From: the human T2T-CHM13v2.0 reference genome, Homo sapiens | DNA: 64,000 bases | Assembly (NCBI GenBank): GCA_009914755.4 | Contig: CP068257.2 | Location: forward strand, 13,408,001 to 13,472,000 | Direction: 5' to 3' | Shown here: positions 53,685-64,000 of the stretch, in pieces | Position numbering within the stretch: position 1 is the first letter of the stretch | How the letters are laid out: the number at the start of each line of letters is the position of its first letter | The notes under the pieces: generated by a model | The model's database searches: none | What the model saw: only the letters and a program-made list of their open reading frames with translations | What the model was told of the DNA's origin: nothing | Translations under genes and position numbers: made by a program

Positions 53685-54437
53685 GCAAATTTGTTTTGAT
53701 TCAACAATGTTGTAACTCTAACTTTAGCCTTTACCAGGTTCTACTACTGTCTGAAATGACTATGCAAGTAGTTGGAAATAAAAATATTGTACAATTCTCA
53801 TAAACAAAACAAATATATATCACAAAATGCTCAGTTGATGATGTTAAAATAATGATATCTGAGAAAGCAGTAGTATGTAATGGCCATTGTTATCTAATTA
53901 CTCTAAACCACCAATAAAGTAAAATAAAATCTTCCTATTTAAGAACTTACTTTAAAAATATTTTGATGCCCTCCTTGACTTCGGCTTCCTATAGAATTTC
54001 CCCAGGTCTGTTTGGCATTTGGTTTCTGCTACTAGCCTTATCCTCACTATGTATCTTTGAACTAATTTCGTGAAAGAGACTGAGATCACATACTGGTCTT
54101 TTTGTGTGCCTGCTTCCAGAACATGCACATTAGCATTGCAAAACTTTGCATGTCCAGATGTCTCCTAGACTTCTCATTTGATTTGTGGCTGAAGGGTCGG
54201 AAAAATTGCAGAAATGAGCTGCCATGTTCCCACGTTTCCTGTTCTTCTGGTGTCTGATGGGGGAGTGTGGACAGTGAGATGGATTAGATAACCACCACCT
54301 CTATTCAAAAATATCTTCTCTGCCCTGTTTTAGGGAATTATGCTTTTCACTACTTTAATCAGTGTAGTCAGATTCTTCCTGCTATAGGTTTACTTGAACA
54401 CGGAGGAATTGGAGATGGGAGAAAAGGAAGGAGGGAG

Positions 54438-54440
<3 letters not shown>

Positions 54441-54484
<44 letters not shown>
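54441..54484. repeat. (TG)n microsatellite, about 22 units
   Basis: Direct read. It is long enough to be highly polymorphic and Z-DNA-prone. Confidence 0.95.
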
Positions 54485-54486
<2 letters not shown>

Positions 54487-55079
54487 GGGAGAGAGAACAT
54501 GAATGCATGGCACAGTGAAGGTATTTAACAGCCAGAGGAAAGTATTAAAGAATAAAATATTTTGAGTTGATAGATGTAGGTTCCACAAGAAGATAGGAGA
54601 GAAGTTGAAAAGAAAAAGGAAACCATTAGACTATCAATGATCACTTGTTTCTTTGATGCTTTATCTAGGCCTCCGTGGCAGTAACAGCCACTGAAAACCA
54701 GACTCCCAAGTAGCTTTACATGAAATGTCCTCATGATCAAACTTGTTCTAATGTGTGTTATTGGGGAAATACCCCAGAGAACAGAGAAGATGGATGTAGA
54801 CTGCATTTTACCAGTGCCAAATAAAGCAGTCAAAATGTTCTTGACAAGATGGAAATAATCAAATAACCACCTTTGATTGATTTTAAATGAACTGACTGTC
54901 TTGCATGGTGCGCATTAATATTTATACTCTGTGGTTCCAGACATCTGTATAAATGTGATGAACTACTTATTAGCTATGTGCTGACTTTCTCCATGATCTC
55001 ATCTTCATATTCCAACTAAAATTTCTCCACCTATGACTTACAGAAATGCTTGCTCATGTGCTCTGTCATTCTTGGTCTT

Positions 55080-55200
55080 TATTTCAACAAAAATTGACTG
55101 GGCACCTACTGTGTTTTAGAGAATTCACCAGGCGCTAATGACACAGTGGTGAACACAAAGGTGTGCCTTTTAAAATTTAGTCTGGGGAGGGCAGGTTAAA
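55080..55200 (-). mobile_element. MIR/L2-type core fragment
   Basis: tttcaacaaaaattgactgggcacctactgtgttttagagaattcaccaggcgctaatgacacagtggtgaacacaaaggt matches ttcaacaaatatttattgagcacctactatgtgccaggcactgttctaggcgctggggatacagcagtgaacaaaacag. Confidence 0.7.
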
Positions 55201-55620
55201 TCTTATGTTACACCAGTGGAATTATGTAATAGCCATTGTGATGGACCAGAAGAAGAAATGTGAAGTACCTTGAGAACATACAGCAGTGGCAAACAAAGTT
55301 AATTTGGGGAGACAAGGAATACTTTTCTGGCAAGGGTCAAAGGGTGAGGCAAGGGACTGATGGTCCGAGCAGAGGGGAAAACATGGGTGAAGACCCTGAT
55401 GCATTAAGATAAAAACAGTTAATTTTGAAATAAGTATCAACTTATAGGGAATGACAAAAATAGCACATAGAGTGCTGTAAACTCTTCACCAGTTTCTCCA
55501 AATGGTGGCATCTTCTATGACTATGGTATAATATCAAAACCAGAAAGTTGACATTGATACAATCCTAGTAACTAGACCACAGTCTTACACAGTTTTGATC
55601 AGCTTTTACATGCAATGTGC

Positions 55621-55621
<1 letters not shown>

Positions 55622-55654
<33 letters not shown>

Positions 55655-55666
55655 ATGTGCGTGTGT
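55622..55666. repeat. (TG)n microsatellite, about 16 units, with a degenerate end
   Basis: Direct read. It lies 1.1 kb from the 54441 (TG)n tract. Confidence 0.95.
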
Positions 55667-57339
55667 TTTTATAGTTCTATACAGTTTGACCTCTTGTAGA
55701 GGTTCATATAACCACCACTACAATCAGGGTACAGAACTGTTTCATCACTACAAAAGATCTCCCTTGTGCTTTTTTTTTTTTTGGAGAAGCACCAACCCCT
55801 CATTCTTGTCCCTATCCCCCAGTAACCACGAATCTGTTCTCTATCATAGAGATGGATTCTTGTCATTTGGAGAATGTTATATCAATGGAATCACACAGTA
55901 TGCCACCTTTTGAGACTGGCTTTTTTCACTAAGCATAATGTCCTTGAGACCCATCCAAGTTGTTGTGTATTATCAATAGTTTGTTCCTTTTTTATTGCTG
56001 AGTGGTATTCCATTGCATGGGTGCCTTTGTGTTTAACTCATTTCTGGACACTTGGGCTACTTTTGGTTTAGGGCTATTACAGTTAAAGCTGACATTAACA
56101 CTTTTGTACCCTAATGCATTTTAAGGAATGGGAAAAAAGACACACAAAATGAGGCTTGCTGGGGGCCAAATTATGCAAAGCCACAAATCCTTTCTGGGTG
56201 TACACTATAAAAGTACAAAAATGAATGAATAAATAAGAGGAAACTGAATGTAAACACGGAGTGTTTTAAGGACTCTGACTTTTGGTGTTATATCAGTATC
56301 CAGATGGCTGCCTTTTATTTTCCATTTTTTAATCTAACTGTTTGCACATAATGAGGTGGTCAGATTTGAATACTAGTTTGCAGATGGATTGGGGGTACTC
56401 TATACTTGAGACAGCTAATTAAAACATAATTCTAAAAACAGGCTTGTAAAAACTTTCTTCCCTCTGTTCACTCAGAAAAGACTTATATTTAGCATAAGAA
56501 TGTTATTGGAAGCACCAAATTGAAAACTGTCAGCTCAGATTCTGCAATCTAAGGAAGATTCTGCCTACTGGTGTGTTGATGAAGAACGTAGAAAAACAAA
56601 TCAAGAAAAACAGCATGAGTGTACTGGGTTTTCTTTAAATCAGCAGACATATAGCATAACGGGCTGTGAGAATTCTGATCCAAGTCACAGGTCTGCCACC
56701 CAATGCAAGGTGTGAGTTCCACGTTACGTGAAGTGAAAGGGGGAAACCACCAAGGCGATTTTAGAATAAAATCAGCCCTATCCGATTTAACCCAACTTAT
56801 CAATACAGTTTTTCCTACAGGATATTATACTCATTTGAACCTCTGGGCCTCTGCCTATGTTTTCCTGTTCCTAGTTTGCTGTCTCAGTTCCTTTTTGCCA
56901 ATCAGAATCCTATAAATCCTTCAAGGTATAATCTAGAGCTTATTCTTCTTTGAAACTTGCCCTCACGCTGATACATTTCTTGACTGATTTCCTGTCATAG
57001 AGCTAGGGTAGTACAGCTAAGGGTACCCTAGGTAGTACAGTACCCTTAATACTTATTGGCTGTGCAATTATTGCATTCCTTAATCATAGATGTCCAAGCA
57101 AATTTCTTCCACTTAAATGTAAAAGTAAAATAACAAAATATAAAGCTTGAAAAGTGGGGGGTGGTGGTGGGGTGGAAAAACACATAATATCATTACCCAT
57201 ATATTTTCTTCCAAAAACTCTTCAATGTAATAAATATGCTCAATCCTTAGAGGGTTCAGGTGAAATAAACATGGCAATACAGTCTTGATAGGTATTTTAA
57301 TTGAGACTAATCTTTGAAGAAAGCCATTCGGACTCTTAA

Positions 57340-57653
<314 letters not shown>

Positions 57654-58689
57654 TCTTAAAAGTTTTATATATCCTTGGAACCAATAAGCCCACTTCTAGG
57701 GATCTCTGCTAAAATATTCACTAGAGATGTAGACAAAAAGTTACATACGGGATTATTCTTTGCTGCATTATGTATGAGATAGAAAAATGGAAATGATCTG
57801 AAGAGGAATTTAATAAATTAATAAATTTCTTTGCAGGCATTAAAATTAAATATTGAGGGAATATTTAACAACATCAGAAAATACTCATGTTGTAATAAAA
57901 AATGGGAATGCAGAAGACCCGCAACAGTTCTTACCCTGTTTAAATCAGACTGTCGAATCCTGGCTTTTTTCTGTTCCTTCTCCCTTCCTGCATCTGTTAG
58001 TATTTTTGCAATAAACTGTTTGCATGTGGGAAAATGGGGGATTGTTTTGGAAATTTACATCCTGGGCTCCAAATCTAATGGAGACTTATGATTAATTTCT
58101 AATAATTAGAACAAAATACATTGAATACCAAATACCTGTAAATCTAAAAACTAGAAAGAACAGCAGTTAATGTTTTATCAGCTATATAACCCAATTATTA
58201 CTGTGCTAGTTAGAAGAGATTTCCACTGGTAAAGTAATAAATTAGCCAGTTTTATTGTACTAGGGTCAACATCATATTGTATATAAAGCTGCATTATTCC
58301 TGCATTTCCTGCATGTTGCCTTGAAAATCATGGTGTATCTGTAATTGTTATAGCTCACGTACTTCCTGGACACAGTTTTCTCACATTAGAAAGTCTTTTT
58401 AGCTTTCTGGATCTCTGTCTTCTTAACTGTGAAATGAACATAAGTGGCTTGTCATCCTCCAATGGCTATTTATGTGTTTGTTGAGTTCATAAGATGTAAG
58501 TTTTTAATAATATATTAAAAATTTGAAGCATATGACCTCTAAGGACCTTTCAAGATATATTTTTTGACTGTGAGACTTCATGACATATAATTTGTCTCCT
58601 GCTGTATTGCATATCCTTTTGTAATTGGTGACATGTCTTCTGCTGAACTCCCTCCAGGTTGTTTTAGTGAGCAAAAATGCTTGTGGATA

Positions 58690-59400
58690 AAATGAGATCC
58701 TATCAGGCTGGCAAAGTTTTAAGAGTTTGAGAGCGTTCAGTGTTGCAAAGCATGTGAGGAAACAGGCATTGTCAAATACTGTTGGTGGGAATGGAAATTG
58801 GTTCAACTCTTTTGGAAGGCAATTAGGTAATAATATACCGAAATTTAAAATGCATATAGCCTCTCTTTAGCCATTCTACTGCTGAAAATATCCCACAATT
58901 ATACTTGTAATGTGAACAGATTTATGTATAAGGATGTTCTTTGTAACATTCTTTATAATAGAGAAAAATAATTGCAACTTAAAATGGATACTAGATGCAT
59001 AAACTGTGGTGTGGCCATGTAATGGAAAACTATTTAGTCATTCAAAAGAAATAATTAGGTCTGTATGTACTGAAATGGAAAGATGTCTAAGATATTATGG
59101 TAAGTGAAAATAACAAATTGAAGAACAATTTGTACGGAGTGAGCTTGAGTGAAAAGCAATGCGTGTTCACCTAGATCCGAATAGAAAAAGATGGACTCCT
59201 TTTACATCTTTCTTACACTGTTTTCTCAGTCTATGTCTGAGAGAATCATGGAGCCTCAGATGATAATTCTACACACTGCTATGATGAAATACAATACAAA
59301 ACAAAAACGTTTCTCCAGAGACCATTAAAAAATGTAAGGTAGAGTCTACATTGCTCTAGAAAACCGTGAAGGTATGAATAAGTTTTCGTTGACAGTTGGG
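58690..59400 (+). mobile_element. L1 3'-end fragment (older L1P/L1M type)
   Basis: gaggaaacaggcattgtcaaatactgttggtgggaatggaaattggttcaactcttttggaag ... aactgtggtgtggccatgtaatggaaaactatttagtcattcaaaagaaataa parallels the L1 region ggagaaataggaacacttttacactgttggtgggactgtaaactagttcaaccattgtggaag ... aaatgtggcacatatacaccatggaatactatgcagccataaaaaagg. The 3' boundary is approximate. Confidence 0.7.
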
Positions 59401-59420
59401 AAGCAAAGCAGTGATATGAA

Positions 59421-59510
59421 TACCTACTATATAGGTATTTCTGTATAGTATACCTATATTTCTACCTACATTTCTATATAGGTATACCTACTATATAGGT
59501 ATTTCTATAT
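59421..59510. repeat. AT-rich palindromic block with a 64-bp-period duplication (tacctactatataggtatttct x2)
   Basis: tacctactatataggtatttct occurs at 59421-59442 and at 59485-59506. The intervening sequence contains the inverse-complementary arms atacctatat / atataggtat. Confidence 0.8.
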
Positions 59511-62312
59511 AACATAGAAAGAATTGGAGGTATAGCCCATCTGAATATATACAGATTCCATTTGTTAGGAAGTCGATATAGAAAAATCCAGAATTTCTTA
59601 CTATAATTTAAGAGATGATTGACCTCCAAAAAGCTTCACCACAGTATCAACTCTATGCTTCATATATTTTCTCTAATTCATAAGCAGTACATTTTATTCG
59701 TGGCATAATCACTTCTTCCTATATTCCAAATGCTTTCTTTTCTTTGTTTCCTATCATTTTACATATAATATGCAAATACACTAAAATTGAAATATAGCTT
59801 GGCAGTTTGTAATACTGTAAAACCATAAAGTGTAATATATGACTACAAAATATTTTGGTTTAATGGGCCTGGTGTTCTACTATATATTTATTTTAAGTCA
59901 CTCTTAAAATGTCAAATAAAACTCAAAAATCTGTTTTAGTTCCAAATGTAGAGCTATTAATTTTATGGCTTAATATCTGATTAAATTTAACTATGCTTCT
60001 AAGAGCATATAGGTTCCACTCATTAGATGGGCTGACTGTTTAATCCCATCATTTTAAGTGGAATTGAACCCCATCTTGCCAAATATGCTAATATCCTGAG
60101 GGAGGGAGAGAGGGAAGAATGGAACAACAGAAGATGTTTGAAGGCACTGTGAATTTATGTTCTTCACTTGGGAGGCTAACCAAAACATTTCAATACCTCC
60201 AGTATTCACATTCTGGAGTAGAGAATATAAAAGTCAAAAGAGAAATGTTTTCAGTGATTTCTGTGGTATCAATAAACCTATATAAATGTGAATAGACTTA
60301 AATAAATAGTTAAAACAGAATGTCTGGGTACCCAGGTATATAGGCTGCCAGCTGGGCCCTGAGGCTGTATCACTTCTATTTCCCAATTGCTAGCTTTTGA
60401 GGTAACAGCACTCTTCATCTGAGAAGAAGGGCACTGACAACCGTACTCTCATGATTCTCAAGAATCCTGCTGACTTGTTCATTAAACAGAACTGGCAACT
60501 GACTCCTAAGATAAAAATTCTTGACAGCTTTCCAAGCAGAAGGAAGGATGCTGAGTGACACATATAAATATATAAGTGAGAAGGAAGGGTGAGCTCCAAT
60601 GGCAGTGACGTTTTCCGGAGCAGTTTATGGAAGAGGTAATCGTTGTAAGACACTACATTGCATTCTGGAGAATTTGTTCACCACTGAGCAACAGGTGAGA
60701 CCTCCCTACCAGAATATCCAAAATGAATTTTAGATATCATTTAAAACTTTTGAAAATAGTGTGGTCTTAGAAATGGCTCACTCTACTGGACTACTTGCAT
60801 ATGTTCTTTTTTTTAGTTCAACTACTAGCTTCATCTGTACTACAGAGACTTTGGGAAAATTTCTTGAAGACCCTTTTTTAATGGGAATAACCACTTCCAT
60901 TATTTTATCTCTGGGTATTCTGTGAGTATCTGTTGTCTCAATAAGTATTTCTATATCGTGTATGTTATGTATATTAAAAAAAACCCTTGAGTTCTTCAGA
61001 TGAAATCTATAATGCAAATAAATGATATTCAAAATTTAGCTATTCTAAAGATATTAACTTCTAAGGTAATGGTAACTTTAACTAAGGTTAAACGTAACTT
61101 CTAAGCAGTGACTACCATTTTTCTATTTTTTTCAGAATAAATTCATCTCAAAATCTACATTACAATAAATTATCTCAATAATCCATTTTCCTATTTTTGA
61201 TTCAATTACATAATTAAAAAACATTTTAGTTAGACATTTGAAGAGAGAAAAAATATTGTAATAAACCCTATGTCTTCTCAGGTTTTAAAAAATCAATATG
61301 AATTGTTAGTATTAAAAATGTTTGGAATGCGTACTTTGAAATAAAATTTTTGAAAAAAGTATTGACATGTAATGTTTAAAAGTCAAACTTTCTGTGGAAG
61401 TAACATTAACATCCATAATCAATCATTAATACTATGATAGTGAACCTTATTTTTATTTAACAACATTTAATCGTTGTTGTCTGCCACCAAATTCTGCATT
61501 TTAGCTCTTTTCACTAAACATTACTATGTTTTTAATAAAAGCATTATAGTTTGGTTACTAGTAATTGTCATAATTTTATTATCTTTCCAATAGGTATATA
61601 TCATATGTAAAAAAAAACATGTCTTTGAAATAATCTCATTTCTGAAAGATAATTTAAAATGATTTCTAATTGCTTTTGCAAATTCAAATGTTTTCAATAA
61701 AAGTTTTCATTAAAATACGTTAATAAAAGATTTTTCTTGTATAACTTAAAAAAGAAGCAATAATTATGTTGTATGTTTCAACTCCTTTTGACAATGGTTC
61801 TCATAAACTCTTCCATGTTTCTCTAAGTATAGAAAATAACTGGCTTAATAAATTAAATTTTAAATGATCCTAATGGAGCATTTACATAACCTTAAAATGA
61901 CTATAACAGAGCCAAAAAGTAATTAAAACTTCATAAATGCAGAGTGACATCATCCAATCGGCAATTTACATTTGTGTAGTTCAAAGTAAGAGGACCTGGG
62001 AAAGCCCTAATTCATATGGGGAGAGCAAATAGAATAGAAAAAAAAGAAGACAGCTTTAGGGAAAAAAATAACATCAGTGGATAAGGTTAGAGGAATAGCT
62101 TTAAGAATAATTTCTCCTTAAGACAGAAAGAATATGAGAAATATGATGTTTATAAAATATTTATGACAGAAGTAATTTTCTTTTAATATTAACAATAAAA
62201 ATTATAAACTGAGACAGATATCACCATATCAAAACTGTAACAACTCATTTAATATACATGAGAGCAAATTGTTTTCATCAAGTCTCACATTAAGGTGTAA
62301 AATATTTTTCTA

Positions 62313-62576
<264 letters not shown>

Positions 62577-62577
62577 A

Positions 62578-62618
62578 ATATATATATATATTTATGTGTG
62601 TGTGTGTGTGTGTGTGTA
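62578..62618. repeat. compound (TA)n(TG)n microsatellite grown from the Alu tail
   Basis: aaatatatatatatatttatgtgtgtgtgtgtgtgtgtgtacg. Confidence 0.9.
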
Positions 62619-62694
62619 CGAAATAATAAAATATATATTTTAGAAAAAGTTGCAAACAGTGGAACATTTTTACTTTCTTTAATAACTGATTGCC

Positions 62695-62811
62695 AAAAAA
62701 GAAGGGATAGAAAGGGAAGTAGGAAAAAGATCAAGGGAGGAAGGGAGGGAGGAAGGAAGCGGGGAAGCAGGAAGAAAGGGAGGGAGGAAAGGTGGAAGGA
62801 GAGTGGAAGAG
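62695..62811. repeat. 117-bp GA-rich polypurine tract (over 90% purine on the + strand)
   Basis: gaagggatagaaagggaagtaggaaaaagatcaagggaggaagggagggaggaaggaagcggggaagcaggaagaaagggagggaggaaaggtggaaggagagtggaagag. Confidence 0.85.
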
Positions 62812-63725
62812 AACCACATAACTCAATAAAAGGCAATATGTGTACTGTCTATGTTTTTGTCTTACTAAATCTCATACTGTTGATGACAAACCATCTTTAG
62901 CCATATACACAATCTCCTAGCGGGCTCCAGCTCAATGACTTCAAAGTCAGCATACTCCTAAACCAGCTCCTCACCCCTCCTGCTCCCTCCTTGCCCTTCT
63001 CTATTGTCTATTGCAAGCATCATTTTCCAGATCTAGTAACCCAAATACGTAGGTGCACTTCCTGACACCCATCTTCGCTTCAAACAATACTTTCTATAGG
63101 TTCAAAGTGATGATGGCCTCATCACCCCCCAGTGTCAAATGTCATGCTGCTAAGTTCTCTGTCGAAAAGTAATTTGGTCATGCCAATGTCTGATTTAGAA
63201 AACTTACTATAAGCAGAGATTAGGTGTCTCCTTTCACACACTTGACTTGGAGAAATTGGCAAAAACTCTTCCTCTCCCTCAATTCCATGGCTTGCTCATG
63301 ACCAAAACCTTCCCCCAGGCTTTTAAATATACCTGTAGGAGCAGAGAGATAATTACTCTTAAAATAGCCTTGCTTTTCCCTTACACCGTGGACATTCACT
63401 ATTCTTGTTTATGAACCTACTTCTTGCTTCTCTTTATCTTGTTGGGTCTTCCCTGTGTTTCATTTCTCTGTTTCTGACCTCCTTCCTAAATAAGAACTCC
63501 CAATTCTTCTCCTATATTTCAGAGTAATTCAGCTAAACCTCTCTCCTGTCACTTGTACAACAAAGCCCATGCAATGTGTGCAATAAAGCCCATCAAGGCA
63601 CAAAGTGGCTCTCCATTTGATTTGCTCCTCTGTCTATAGAAAGCAGATGTAGTCATAAAGAAGAGAACATTCATGAACTTAAAAATAAATACTATAAAAA
63701 TAAACAATGGCAATGATTCCTATCA

Positions 63726-64000
<275 letters not shown>

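Overview
This window is primate, almost certainly human, nuclear DNA rather than prokaryotic sequence. It contains at least nine Alu SINEs, including a near-consensus AluYa5, which is a human-specific subfamily. It also contains four MaLR LTRs (one THE1/MST-type, three assigned from reverse-orientation matches with less certainty), two L1 3'-end fragments and one L1 ORF2-end fragment, several MIR/L2-type core-SINE fossils, and many (CA)n/(TG)n microsatellites. The background is AT-rich and strongly CpG-depleted, as in a gene desert or a large intron. The one conspicuous non-repeat feature is a dense CpG island of about 1.9 kb at 11285-13175, which is most plausibly an unmethylated promoter of an unidentified gene or lncRNA. 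A CpG-retaining AT-rich element flanks it on the right. I could not support any protein-coding exon. Every long ORF in the supplied track is explained by stop-codon-poor GC-rich sequence inside the CpG island, by Alu poly-A or microsatellite translation, or by decayed L1 sequence. There is no CRISPR array, operon, defence island or other novel system here, and the honest answer to that prompt is that none is present. The observations most worth a second look are: the orphan CpG island and its flank; a templated local duplication bounded by 33-bp direct repeats at 43.5 kb; a pair of MITE-like repeats with terminal inverted repeats at 32.1/34.8 kb; the young AluYa5; and a 132-bp pure polypyrimidine tract. 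All repeat family assignments are from memory of consensus sequences, with no search run, and coordinates are within about 10 bp.
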